A DNA stretch of 64,000 nucleotides from Octopus sinensis (lineage: Eukaryota): contig NC_042999.1 in assembly GCF_006345805.1 (NCBI RefSeq), forward strand, positions 142,414,001 to 142,478,000, given 5' to 3'. Both the position numbers and the translations under genes were made by a program. Shown piece after piece: positions 1-13,250 of this stretch. Each line of letters opens with the position of its first letter. Position 1 is the stretch's first letter. Below the pieces are notes generated by a model. That model had not been told where the DNA came from and searched no databases. It saw only the letters and a list, made by a program, of their open reading frames with translations.

Positions 1-343
1 AAAGAGGGAATGAGCACAGAACGTCCTTGATCAAAGGCTAAACAAGGGTGGGAGTCACTAAATGGTTGTACGATCAGCTAGAAAGAAGTAACATTAGATA
101 ATGTGACCCGACAAAAAAAAAAAAAAAAAAAAGAGGGGGTGTTCAAGGCCAGATTATTTTTTATCATAACTTTTTCCAGTCCGACCTTGGGTCTAAACAA
201 CAAATCATCCTTTGTATATCATGAATATTTGTGTCGCAAGCGAGGAAGCAGAATTATAGAAAACATTCCATATTAGAAAAGTTATAAAAAATTAAAAAAT
301 TGCCGAATTTGTATAATATATATATATATATTTATATATATAG

Positions 344-735
344 TATACAAATTCGACAATTATATATAGATACATATATATATAGGTCGCCCATACACAC
401 ACAGAGAAATAAACACATTTTCTTTTAATCATTAGCGACTATTTTTGTCACTTGTCGAGCAAGTTCACAGGAGAGAAATAAAGAAACATTACATATTTCT
501 CACGGATTGGACAAAGGTTTCACTTTTATATATATATAATATACAAATTCGGCAATTATATATACATATATAAATATATATAGATCGCCTATAAATACAC
601 ACACACACAAATAAATACATTTTCTTTTAATCATTAATGACTATTTTTGTCACTTCTCGAGCAAGTTCACAGGAAACAAATAAACAAACATTAGATATTT
701 CTCAAGGATTTCCTTGGACAAATGTTTTACATTTC
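344..735. repeat. Diverged tandem duplication, two units of about 195 bp
   Basis: atacaaattcg(a/g)caatt...ttttcttttaatcatta..gactatttttgtcactt.tcgagcaagttcacagga...ggacaaa occurs at about 344-525 and 540-735. Confidence 0.8.
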
Positions 736-2235
736 ACGAAATGTCGCTGATGAATTACTTTGGGAGAGGCACTATTATAACAAATCGCCTCTCTGTTGAT
801 ATCTCAAACAAAAAGTTCGTCGATAGAAAAACAACTTAGCTTTAAAAATAACTCAAAATAAAATAGTTGTGCTGATAACATCGTTGATAACGATTTACTA
901 TATAGGCATAAGATTTAGGGTGAGATGAATGAAATGCAAATAATGCCAAAAATCATAATAGTCGAAGAGAAACATTGGTAGTGAATGGTATTTATGTAAT
1001 TATCTTGAGAAATGAAAAACAAATTTGGCCTCGGTGACATCTGAACCGAGAAACCTATGATACTGAAAGAGAAACTGTTAAAGGATTTATTCCAGGTCGA
1101 AGTTATTTCATTATATAGACATGCAGTTTGAAAATTTTAAGAAGGTTTGACGTTCGTGTATTTCCCAAGAGTATTAGTGACGAAGTTGGAAGTTATAACA
1201 TGACATAAAAGAGACTTAAGCATTTTGGTTGGCATGGGGTGTTGTTGATTTAATCGCTTTATATCGATCCCTTTCTTCGATGAGATAGATATTTCGTACT
1301 GATATATTTTAGTCGACTGAAACTATTCCATTGTACATTCTTTCTGTTTAAGTACTATTTGTCTAATATTTACACGAGTGCGCGTGTGTATACATAACTA
1401 TCACCATAACAAAGAAAAAATAACGAATTAACACAGAAAGCCTCAATGATTATAATCTGAAGTCGGTATATCATTACTGATTAGTTAGAAAACAATTTAT
1501 GGAAAAGAGAACCCATTAATTCTTTACTACTTTTCGTTATAGAATTCCAGGCATTGAGTGTATGTTTCAAGGAGTACTTACACGCGCACAAACACATACA
1601 CGCGGGAGTGTACACACACACACACAGTTGTGGACAGATGCATTAAAACTAGTCACGAAATAAATATAGCTTCATCAAGTATCCAGTGCTATATTTTGTA
1701 TCAGTAAGCAAGCTTTGTACTCGCGATTAAAACTAAGGCATTATAAGCATGCATGCATATTCATACACACACATATGCTGCATACATCTGTCTATGAGCT
1801 TTCGATACTATAAGCAAAACACACTAATAATTGACAAGATTTTCTAATTAGAAAGGCGCCCTACATTTGCGATCTCTCGATGCGACGATATTAAATTTAA
1901 CTTATTGCAAATTTTTTAATGGGTAAACAAAAAATAGGGTCTGATCATCACTACTTCTCATTCCTTTCCCGCCCTCTAAATATCTCGAGTTTCATACCTG
2001 TATAAAGAAATATTATAGAACAACAAATGGTTAAGTTTATTCGCTTGTGGTAGTACCTATCTATCTTTGTACGAAGTTTTCGTTCCTTTGCTTTTTTTTT
2101 TTTTGCGAAAAAACTAATTAATCGTCAAAGGGATTTACGTGGAATACAATTGAGATGCAAAGAAAAGCGGCAAGGAACCCAACAAATAGACGAAAAGAAA
2201 AATAAAGCAAGAAGGATATAAGTTTATGTACTCAC

Positions 2236-2320
2236 AACAAATGCTGCTGTCAAAAGTGTAATAGAAAGCTCGTGACCTCCTCAAGTCTCGCAATTTCTCG
2301 TTTACTTTCACACTTGCCAT
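2236..2320 (-). other. Possible first exon of an unidentified minus-strand gene (MASVKVNEKLRDLRRSRAFYYTFDSSIC + 1 nt)
   Basis: ATG at 2318-2320, non-repetitive coding-like 28 codons, then a consensus donor T|GTGAGT (2230-2235) and pyrimidine-rich intron-like sequence. Lies in a CpG-retaining, repeat-poor stretch. No homology recognised. Confidence 0.2.
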
Positions 2321-3091
2321 TCACGTCTGTCAGTCATTCAGTCAATAGTTCCTAGATGTTTTCGTCTTGATACTTAGCTTTACGCTACTACCTTTTTTGA
2401 AAAGCGTGACTGTCGTAGAACGCGATTCCTATTTTCTTAATACATAAGTGGTTTTACGCTTTGACCAGAAATTATTTATATATTTTTCTATATATACACA
2501 AGCCTTCATATTTATAGGAGAGGAAAAATAATGTTTTTAACGAGAGTGTTATTACTATTAGATGCAAAACTATTTTTGGATTTTCACTTTGGCTTTTATA
2601 TTTGAGTGTCACATAATTAATTATACACTTCATGACATAAATTAGATTATTTGGTTTTAACCTTTTTGCGAAATACAAACACGTGTAAACAAATATTTAT
2701 ATACTTCCGTAGAAATGAAAATTTTGACATTTTCTGAATATTTCTTATCTTTTCCGAAATATCACCGGAAGAAAAAAACTACCTTCGTTTTACCCGCTCA
2801 TGATTAGATTGATAGATTAAAACTATTTATATCAGGCTATGTGTTAAGACGCTTGGTTCCGGGTATTTGACTGCTATTTCTAAACTTCGGTATGTGGTAA
2901 AGCAAATATTTGCTGAACCCTAATTATAAAGTATTACATGTATATATATATAGATGTATATGTATACATGCATTTGTGTAGATGTATAAATATATATAAA
3001 TATTAATGCACATGTAATATGTACACACATATATACACATATACATGCATACATATATACACCCATACACACACACACACACATACACTTA

Positions 3092-3425
3092 GGTGCAGGT
3101 GTGGCTGTGTGGTAAGAAACTTGGTTCCAAAACACATGATCCTAGGTTCAGTACCACTGTGTGGTGACTTGGCATGTATCTTCTGCTAAAGCCTCAGTCC
3201 AACCAAAGCCTTGTGAGTGGATTTTGTAGACAGAAACTGAAAGAAATCAATCATATATATATATGTATGTATATATGTAAGTGTATGTGTGTGTCTTTGT
3301 CTCTGTGTTTCTCCTTCATCACTGTCTCACAACTGCTGTTTATTTATTTACATCCCCATAGCTTACTGGTTTCACAAGAAGAAACTGAAAGAATAAGTAC
3401 CAGGCTTATCAAAATAAAAATCACT
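3092..3425 (+). mobile_element. tRNA-headed SINE family A with internal TA/TG microsatellite
   Basis: Head has pol III A-box-like tggctgtgtgg and B-box-like ggttcagt, followed by gccttgtgagtggattt.gtagacagaaactgaaaga, a microsatellite and a gaataagtac tail. Other copies lie near 19071(+), 21935(+), 30385(+), 31370(+), 33955-34382(-), 36500-36810(-), 55792-56180(+) and 56228(+). Confidence 0.85.
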
Positions 3426-3482
3426 GGGCAGTGTCTCATATTTTTATTTGCCCACTCAGTTGTATCTATCAATCTTTCTTTT

Positions 3483-3539
<57 letters not shown>

Positions 3540-5770
3540 CACACATATATACATGTATGTATATGTGCATATTCATATCTATTATATAAAAGTCAATGTC
3601 TTTATGTGTGCTTGTGTGTTACTTATGCATTGGAAAACTACTGGAACACAAAATCCAAACCTGGGGAGAAGGGTAATGCTGTGTGTTTCATACAATTTCA
3701 TGGACCAAAATTACTGATTAGGTCCTTATAATATTTGGAACTTGGATTCAATGCATAAGGGCGGGTATAATGCAATATGTTTGGTTTGAATTTAAGATGG
3801 CTTAAAGGGGGCAGAACCTCCATGAAAATTCATAAATTCTCGATATTGATGGAATTTCAACCATGGGAATCCGATTCCGTACCAGAAACTTTTTCCCCGA
3901 CTGACACGCAACAGAGACAGAGAAAATTTTGCAGTATGACACACATGAAGAAGTATTCTCAAAATTTCCACTCATGAGGATTCTAAGACCTCCTAATGGG
4001 GGCCTTAGCTCCCAAATTTTAGTCATTTTTTATGATCCAAAACTAGGTCAAAAGAACTGATGGATCTTTATGAAATTTGGAAATTATATTCTATGCATAA
4101 GGGCCATAACCCCCATGAAAATTCATATATTTTTGCTGTTGATGAAATTTTAACCATAGATATTCAACACAAATGAAGTAATATTTCTAAAATTTCATCT
4201 TCTTAGAAGTTACAAAGACCCCTTCATGCAGACTTAACACCCACAATTTAGTCATTTTATCTAAGCAAAGACGAATACAGTTGTACTCTTGGAAGCTATA
4301 GGGTCACCTGAGCATAAAGATGAGCATTATTTGTAATTCAACGGTACAACAGTGTAAGAGTTTGCTTTGAGATATACTTAGATTGTGATTTTTGCAATGT
4401 GGTGCATAAATTGTCTAGTAAATGAGAGGCATCTTTGCCTCCACTGATTCAGTTGCAAAGTGTTCAGTAAAGATATTTGGTTGCAGACCTCCTTTGAGTC
4501 ATTTTATTATTACTGGATCACACATAGTCCCCCAATGGTAACATTGATTTCAAGGCCTTCCCAGATGAGTGACTGGTTATTGAAAGACATTTATAGATTG
4601 TAAATTTATTCTGTCCAGTTACCTATCGGTATAGTGGTAATTTGCAAACTCCAGAGGTGACACTTTCATTTCCCCTTAGCCCTCACGTCACACAGTTGTT
4701 AATGTTTGAGTTGGGTCATGCCCTTCCAATTGCTGTAGATCTGTAATGCATCTTACAGCTGTGCCTGTCACTAGTATGGTGAGGAATCCTACATTGGAGA
4801 GTAGTAACAACTAGGATAGGGTAGCTGATTGCTTATTGTGATCATTCGTCTTTTGGTTTCCCGTAGCTTTTCTCTCTTTTACAAACCCAGTGAACATACA
4901 TATATTTCCTATTTCAAAGAAATTTGAACAATACATATGAGATCCAAGTTAAAAAGATTCTCAACAGTTCAACTTCTCTGGTTGACATTAAGACACTCAC
5001 TCCCAAAGGCCTTAACTCCATGACATCCATTATAACAGAAAAGTCTAATTCTCCAATTGCCTGTAACACGGGCAACGCCGGGTATCTCTGCATCATTATC
5101 CATGGCCTTTTCAGTCCTCCACGCAGCGGACGCTGACAGTGAATGGCCCGTCTGACCAGCGGAATACGTCCTTTCCACAAAAAACGGAAGAACAAGCTCT
5201 CCATTCTAGTCAAACATGAAATAGAGGAAAATGGATGTGACATAGATATTCACTACCTCCGCCCGACCCTTCAAGGATAGTTTCCTCTCAACCCATTTCT
5301 GAGTGAGACTAGTGACCCTAACCGAAGCAAACCAAACTCCGAACAATGTAACCATCTGTTCAGTGCTGTTGGATGGCATAGTCCTGTTTCCTAGGTATCA
5401 AACTGTAAGCCTAACGACTAATTTTTGATTTCCGTATCACCCTTACAGCAGTGCCGATCACCTCGATGTGTTTGGTGCTCGACACAGTGATGTCGTCCAC
5501 ATGTAAACACTGATCTTCCGCAACCCAGTTTTCGCGGGATGCTTCTTGAAAGCGGTAACTTCTGCAGAACCATAGAGACTGTACGTATAGAAGAGAAGAG
5601 AAGACAAACTTTTGACGGACCAGACACATGATACCAAATAATTCCGATTGGTAGTAATTAACTCTGACAACTGAATAAACGTGGCTGTACATTGCAGCTA
5701 GCCATCTTCTGAAAATGGGCCCTACTCCATCCGCCTTGAGAACAATATTGAAATTTGACCCTATTGACAG

Positions 5771-6478
5771 TGTAGCGAACTCTAGTGAATTTCATCTCTC
5801 TATTAAATACACATTCATACGAACGTAACAGGTAACAACTAACCGTTGGACGCTGTTTTGGACCCCGTTGTGTCAACCATTCAGATTGGTTGGTATTGGC
5901 GCAATTTGTCTCTTACTCTATCGCGTGCCAATATGCAATCCAACCAATCGCAGCCTCCAAATGAATCACGCGAGACAGTCAGTTCTAAACAAAATTTAAG
6001 CATACTGTTAGCTATATAAACTCACCTCCTTCTAGTCTCGAGGTCTGTTGGTTCTAGACCTTCTAAGGTCCAACCACTGACCACATTACAGCGACCCCCA
6101 TCTTCATCGCCACCATCATGTCTCTCACTGGCGTCAACAATATCTCTACACAGCACCAACACACTGCACAGGTTCTAACATATCGCTGTTCGTGAGTTCC
6201 TCACCAGGGTTAACAGCAAACATACAACCCACGCAGATGCATGTAGATATATGAATAAATGTCCATCAATCACTTCCATTCATCATTTAGTTTGTGTATA
6301 TATACGTGTGGTTGGCATTAAAGACATTTAAAGTTACCACCTTATTCCATGTATTTCTTTATATAGTGTTCCTGTCAAATGCTATTACAGCCTTCTGAGT
6401 AGAGTCACATTTGATGGAATACAACCTATTCATCTAAAGTTGTGACCCCGACGCAACATGGACATCTATCCATCTAAA
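5771..6478 (+). mobile_element. LTR-retrotransposon remnant: LTR + PBS + stub of second LTR end, 4-bp TSD ACAG
   Basis: ACAG flanks it at 5767-5770 and 6479-6482, and removing the insert restores the LINE reading H-S-K-A-V-N-R-V-K-F-Q-Y. It starts TGTAG and ends CATCTAAA, which occurs twice (6431-6438 and 6471-6478). It contains CCAAT boxes (about 5893-5950), ctatataaa (about 6012) and aataaa (about 6255). Confidence 0.75.
6440..6453 (+). other. Primer-binding site complementary to the tRNA-Trp 3' end
   Basis: ttgtgaccccgacg matches 13/14 nt of TGGTGACCCCGACG, the complement of the animal tRNA-Trp 3' end, and lies 1 nt after the first LTR end. Confidence 0.7.
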
Positions 6479-7867
6479 ACAGCTTTCGAATGATTTAAAT
6501 TGATTAGGGCCCCACTAATGCCTGGCTTTTTACCTATGCCTTTTCTATAATGTATCGCATGAGGTGATGGTTGTCATAGACAGACCTATTTAGGATGGCA
6601 CATCTGCACACTATACATCAACGACAAGAACATCAATAACAAGCGCCAGCTTTTTGGCTAACACTTACGCTAAAATCTTGAATTCTAAAATTATCGGATT
6701 CGTCAACCTTTCTCAACAGCGCCGTTACACCACGGCTCTCAGGAATGGTAATTCACCTGTTACGCTGCTAGGTGAAGCAGACATTTACTAAGAGGTTACT
6801 GAACAAGTCTGGATTATGAAAGTAAAGCTCGTAGGGCAGAGCATCCACCCTCGGCAACATCTCGTCCATGCAGCCAAAGTTTCTCGAATTTCATCAATTG
6901 TTATCGGGCTTTCGCAGAATTTTGCATCCCTATCCGAGATCCGCTGAAAGCCGACGCAATAAAGTTCATATCCATCTATAACACGTCAGTTGTCCCGAAC
7001 AGTTGAGTGAAGTGCTGCTGAAAAGTTGTAGTACACATCTGCTTCGAATCGAGTAACACGCACCATAATAATGACTTTGTTTCTACATTGTGCCTCTACT
7101 ACTCGGATCCATTGAACACCTTTCGTTCCTTTATATCTCAGAGCAGACATCCTAGCTCTGATAATGTAGCTTTTGTGATTTGTCTTGAAGAACTGGTCAA
7201 AGACCAGCCTCGCCGTGAGCTCGTCAGTCACGATCTAAGTCTCCTTACCTGGTTTCTAATTACAGCTCTCTCTGGTCTAGACTTCTCTATCATTATTTCC
7301 TCACTAAACCACTTCGTGCTCTCAAGCTGCCTCGCTCTGGTCACTTGTTCTGCATTTGCTCATATATCTTTCAGGGCTCTTTCGACCTCGGTGTGTGTTC
7401 TGGTGCTTCTAGGCGTCATACCGCGATACAGTACCGTTTCCCGGGCAGTTGCTGCTAAAACCTCGGTTGAGATTGCAACTTGAAATAACCTTCCGTCTAC
7501 TTTTACAAGTTGTGACGCTGTGTCAGGCATGCCTCCTCATTGCTAGGGAGAGCGAGAAATATTTCATTAAATTCTCCACCATACCAGCAAAAGATTGGTT
7601 ACACGTAGAGTCGCTTTTACCACTTTGCCGTCGTCGTCGTTAAAAATGTCGCCATTCCTACTGCCGACGTTGTCGTTACCATTGTTATCATTGTTGTTGT
7701 ACCTGTGCTAATAATGCTTCTTGCACCCACTTTGGGCGGCTGCGGTATTAGAACGAAAGGAAGGATAATGTTCTCTAATGAAGATAGTCGTGGTAAGAAC
7801 CATTCTTACGGTCATCTCATCTCTGAATCTGATATGTGTTACTGACTCTAAAGTTCCAAGTTCCAAC

Positions 7868-7914
<47 letters not shown>

Positions 7915-8029
7915 ACGAGTGCAAATAAAATTATACAAAACTGGTGTCCTTTTGGGCACAATTTGACATCCCCTCTCTTTATGCAATGAAGTAGGAATTT
8001 ATAAAATTTGTAACTGTTACCGTCATACA

Positions 8030-8580
8030 TTACTTCAACGCCTCATTTGGAATCCAGTTCCTTCTGACTTGGATATTTTCCCCTCTGTTTTTTACTAGCA
8101 CTGCACACTTATCTATTCCAAACTTCATACCAGTCTTGTCACTCACAATTCTGTCTGGACCAATGAACCTAAAGCTTTCTCACTTCTGGCAAATAATTTT
8201 AGGTTATTCATAAACAGGAGATAATTTATTTTCTCATTACTGCTAAATTCGCAGAATGACCTTTGTCTCTCTCAAAATTAACCTAAGAGGAATATGACCA
8301 ACTGTATATAGCAGTGGCAAGAATGTACCACCTTCTAATATACCCTTTATATGCTGACCACTTCTAACTTATCTCAACTTGATGTTAATTTAGTTTTCCA
8401 TTTCGATATATTGTTTTGTAAGAGATGAACAACATTCTCAGCTATCCCAAATATATTGAAGCATTCTTGGGTGTGCCTTTTCTACACCCATCTTTTATTT
8501 TCTTCTGGCAGTAGACCTCTCTTTTCAAAATATTTATACATATCCTTTACAATAACACCTTTCAATAACATCAATGGAAG
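8030..8580 (-). mobile_element. Degenerate RT fragment of an RLE-type (R4/Dong/NeSL-like) non-LTR element
   Basis: Minus strand gives GILEGGTFLPLLYTVGHIPL...INYLLFMNNLKLFARSEKALGSLV...GMKFGIDKCAVL, resembling GIFQGDSLSPLLF / NHLLFMDDLKLY / GMEFG-DKCA. Confidence 0.65.
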
Positions 8581-9670
8581 GTAGGTTATTGGTCGGTAGT
8601 TCCTTGCCATATTTCGTTTTTTAATTTTTAACTTTTTTTTTTATATATTTCATTATCAATATTGTATTTCGGGAACATTGCTTATTCCCGAAAGGATGTG
8701 CACTCATTCTCTCGCAAAGTGCAGAGAAATTTTTTAGCCAAATTCCTTGGATCATTAAATATTAAATACTATTTAGACTGAACGTGTTTGTCATGATAAG
8801 CAAGATCAACGATAAGACGACAAAAAATAAAAAGAAGAAAAAAAAAAAAAACCCTAGAAGACGTAATTTAAAAAAAAATCCTTAAAAACACATTTTATGT
8901 GTCTAGATTTCTAAAAAAAAACAAAAACAAAAAAGCCTCGTGAGTAAATTTGGTGGACGGAAACTATATGGAAGTCCATCGTACGCTTTTTCTTCAGATT
9001 ACACGCTGCCATCTTACAAAATGAACACATTGGCCATGAAAAAAAGTGAAATAATCAAGACTGGAATGCTTTTGATTATGGGTCAGCTCAATAAAACCTG
9101 ATGTGGCGCTAAACAACAACATGCATCATACACACACATGGATACATGCATGCATGCATGTATGTATGTATGTATGTATGTATATATGTATGTATGTCTG
9201 CATGCATGCGCACAGACGTATCTGTGTTTGCGTTCACTTCTGCTGGACAACTAGTGTTTGTTTATTTACGCCCGTAACTTAGTGGTTCGGCAAAAGAGAC
9301 ACATAGAATAAATAACAGAGTTAAAAATGATACTGGGGTGACATGTTCAACTAAACTCCTCGTGTCGGTGCCTCAGAATGGCTACTATCCAATGACTGAA
9401 GCAAGTAAAAGATAACAGATGAAGGATTTTTGAAAATCACGTACAAAAGGAAATGAAACAAAATTGATTCGTATTTTCTTTGATAACTCGAACCACAAAT
9501 GTCATTGTTATAGTTGGATAATCAACACGTATAGAAAAAAACTGCAAGATTTTAATGGAAGTTGGTTAATCAGATTTGAGAAAAATTTGCGCCGAAGCGA
9601 GAATGAAACAAAATTTATAGTTGCTGAGTTATCTCCCTTACATTCATAAAGCCTGTTTTTCCCCAAGACA

Positions 9671-11521
9671 TCTTCTTTATATATAAAAGTGAAGTTGTGT
9701 GAGTGTCTGTCTCCTACGATTTAGATTCCTAACTACCCCTACATTTTGCGGTGCAGTTTAACCAAAACCGGGTATCGTATAGTCGTGATTCATATCGAGC
9801 CCTTCTGGGTATTAGCGCGCGTCTACGATGAGTACGATTTAAAAAAAAATTTACCATCATTTTTTCCCATTTTTAATGCATTTTTTGCTATTATATAAGG
9901 GAAGTAACTCTCTAAAAATGCTTATATAGTTATTTCCTTTACAAACCCGAGCAACGCCGGGCGATACTGCTAGTCTATATATATAAAAGTGAAGTTGTGT
10001 GAGTGTCTGTCTCCTACGATTTAGATTCCTAACTACCCCTACATTTTGCGGTGCAGTTTAACCAAAACCGGGTATCGTATAGTCGTGATTCATATCGAGC
10101 CCTTCTGGGTATTAGCGCGCGTCTACGATGAGTACGATTTAAAAAAAAATTTACCATCATTTTTTCCCATTTTTAATGCATTTTTTGCTATTATATAAGG
10201 GAAGTAACTCTCTAAAAATGCTTATATAGTTATTTCCTTTACAAACCCGAGCAACGCCGGGCGATACTGCTAGTCTATATATATAAAAGTGAAGTTGTAT
10301 GAGTGTCTGTCTCCTACGATTTAGATTCCTAACTACTCCCACATTTTCCGGTGCAGTTTAACCAAATTCGGGTATCTTATAGTCGTGATTCATATCAAGC
10401 CCGTCTGGGTACTAGCGCGCGTCTACGATTTTAAAAATAATTTACCATAATTTTTTTCCATTTTAACGCATATTTTTTAAATAAAGGGAAGGCAGCAGAG
10501 TTGGCGTCCATGCTCACACCTGCACCTGTGTTGCTTCTCCCCCTTCTTCCCTCCCTCGTGAAGCTGTGGGGAAGGGAGTGTAAGGAAATCAACGTCGTAA
10601 AGCGTTGTCAAGGAGACCAGCGTTCTTTTAGAACAACGACTTCATGGCTTGAAGTCGCCAAAACAGAAATCGCTAAAAAAGGTGAAACAGATCCACAAAA
10701 ACGGCAAAAACCGCCACACAGGGCAGGTTTCCTGTGCAAACAATTTGCACAACCGAATGTTTTAGTTGTTGCACAAATCTTTATATATAAAAGTGAAGTT
10801 GTGTGTCTGTCTCCTACGATTTAGATTCCTAACTACTCCCACATTTTGCGGTGCAGTTTAACCAAAACCGGGTATCTTATAGTCGTGATTCATATCGAGC
10901 CCTTCTGGGTATTAGCGCGCGTCTACGATGAGTCTACGATTAAAAAAAAATTTACCATCATTTTTTCCATTTTAATGCATTTTTTCGCTATTATATAAGG
11001 GAAGTAACTCTCTAAAAATGTCTACGATGAGTCAACGATTAAAAAAAAATTACCATAATTTTTTATTCCATTTTTAATGCATTTTTTGCTATAACTCTCT
11101 AAAAATGCTTATATAGTTATTTCCCTTACAAACCCGAGCAACGCCGGGCGATACTGCTAGTCTATATATATAGAAGTGAAGTTGTGTGAGTGTCTGTCTC
11201 CTACGATTTAGATTCCTAACTACTCCCACATTTTGCGGTGCAGTTTAACCAAAACCGGGTATCTTATAGTCGTGATTCATATCAAGCCCTTCTGGGTATT
11301 AGCGCGCGTCTACGATGAGTCTACGATTTTAAAAATAATTTACCATAATTTTTTTCCATTTTAAAGCATATTTTTTTAATAAAGGGAGGTAACTCTCTAA
11401 AAATGTCTACGATGAGTCAACGATTAAAAAAAAATTTACCATAATTTTTTGGCTATAACTCTAAAAATGCTTTATAGTTATTTCCCTTACAAACCCGAGC
11501 AACGCCGGGCGATACTGCTAG
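9671..11521 (+). mobile_element. Head-to-tail array of non-autonomous Helitrons (5 units)
   Basis: Units start TCT(A/T)TATATATA(A/G)AAGTGAAG at about 9671-9674, 9974, 10274, 10778 and 11161. Four end with the hairpin CCCG-agcaacgc-CGGG, 9 nt, then CTAG (9970-9973, 10270-10273, 11157-11160, 11518-11521). The array is flanked by A (9670) and T (11522), the canonical Helitron target. Confidence 0.9.
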
Positions 11522-12603
11522 TTAGTTATAAATTGTCTTACAAAAAACAGGCTTTATGTATATGTGGGAGTAGGGGTTGAGAGTATAGTTAGCTGTATAT
11601 CCAATTTCGTTGCTCATGGATTTGAGAGATAAAGTATCAATCTCAAACATCATATAGAGGATCTATTTGTTGTCTTCTTTACGCACAATTTTTTTCAAAG
11701 GGATATTCTTTAAGATATTTACGCGCGCACACACACACACACACACATTACTCGAATTACCAAGAAAGCCTTTGTGCTGTCGTTCAACCTGCAAAAAATA
11801 CCAAATTTTCCTCAAATTTCGCGCTGCCATCTTACAAAATGAACACACTGGCGATAAAAAAACAAAACAAAGAAACAAAAAAAAAATGGTCATGAGTGGA
11901 ACGCCTTTGATCATAGGTCTGCTCAATAAAAGCTGATATGAAACTAAACCACAGCATGCACCACACACACACACACACACAACTATATCATCATCATCAT
12001 TATTCAACATCCATTTTCCATGGTTGTTTGGGTCAGACGGAATTGGTTGAGGGAGATTTTCTATGGATGGGTGCATATCCTGTCGCCATTTCCAAGTAAG
12101 GTCACATTTCTCCATACCGAGAGATGTTTTTCACGAAAGTCTGGAAACCAGCATCATCATTTATGTCGGTGATGCTTGTTTACAATCATCACATGATGTC
12201 AAGGACAAGAGAATACACAGATACATATGCAAATATACAACGGGCTTCCTTCAGTTTCTAACCACCAAATCCGCTCAGCAGACAGCCCAGGGCTATAACA
12301 GAACATACTTACTCTTTGGTGACACCTTAGTGAAATGTATTCTACTATTGTTAATGTTTGACCAACTCCTTGGAGCAAAAATTGTTAGACGGAAGCTATA
12401 CAGAAGGTAGACGGAATCAAGAAAGGGCTTCTTCCAGCTAGAACGACTTGGTGAATGAATTTCTCTCCTTCTGTCTTTGTTTCTCTCAGCCGAAATTGCG
12501 AAGATAATCTGGTACTCGACTGAGAAAAAAAACTGAATGACTCGTCCTTGTTTTCTTTGTATCGTCTATCTGGATGTTTTGTTGTCCCATTTTGTATTAT
12601 ATA

Positions 12604-12696
<93 letters not shown>

Positions 12697-12916
12697 CGGA
12701 GATGTACTCGCATAGCAAGTAATTTGATCTGAGATCGTGTGCTGAAACGAAAACAATTGCAGCGTGGAAGGTGTTTATAAGCCATTTAAGAAACACACAA
12801 AAGCCGTTCGATTCACTCCAACATTTAAGTTTAATTTGTCAAAATATTTTCGTCGCTAAAATCCGCGACCTGTTCACTGACAAAGTCCGTGCTGCATATC
12901 TATATATATAGTGTGT

Positions 12917-13250
12917 GTGGAGGCGCAATGGCCCAGCGGTTGAGGCAGCGGACTCGCGGTTTTGATTTCTAGACCGGGCGCTGTGGATGTTTATTGAGCG
13001 AAAGCACTTAAAGCTCCACGGTAGGGAGTGGTGGCGAACCCTGCTGTACTCTTTCATCACAACTTTTTCTCACTCTTTCTTCCTGTTTCTGTTGTTCAAA
13101 GGGCCAGCATTGTCACACACTGTGTACACATGCCTGTGGAGTGCTCAGATACATGCACGTTAATTTCACGAGCAGGTTGTTCCGTTGATCAGATCAACTG
13201 GAACCCACGTCGTCGTAACCGACGGTGTGCCACGGCAACGATATATAATA
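12917..13250 (+). mobile_element. tRNA-headed SINE family B
   Basis: ggaggcgcaatggcccagcggtt...tttattgagcgaaa.cac.taaagctccacg...ctgtactcttt. Reverse copies at about 29060-29340 and 41780-42060. Confidence 0.8.

Larger units (their letters stand above)
4600..7640 (-). mobile_element. Degenerate Tx1/L1-type non-LTR retrotransposon ORF2 (RT region), interrupted by an LTR remnant
   Basis: Frameshifted motifs appear in the expected order on the minus strand: IIRARMSALRYKGTK (about 7150), LEFKILA-VLAKKLALVI and NRSVYDNHHLMRYII (about 6560-6690), HSKA|VNRVKFQY (split by the insertion), VLKADGVGPIFRRW (about 5710), LLYV...LHVDDITV (about 5490-5600), FRFLWKGRIPLVRRAIHCQRPLRGGL (about 5120-5190). Confidence 0.8.

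Noticed and set aside
748-830. CTGATGA followed by a GAGAGGC/GCCTCTC hairpin as a hammerhead
   Set aside because: No correctly placed GAAA, stem III or stem I. The CTGATGA hits near 32232, 38433, 43071, 54856, 54992 and 56811 were rejected for the same reason.
3092-3180. tRNA gene candidates at SINE heads (also 12917, 34300-34382, 55792)
   Set aside because: They show A/B-box similarity only, with no cloverleaf, and continue into shared SINE bodies.
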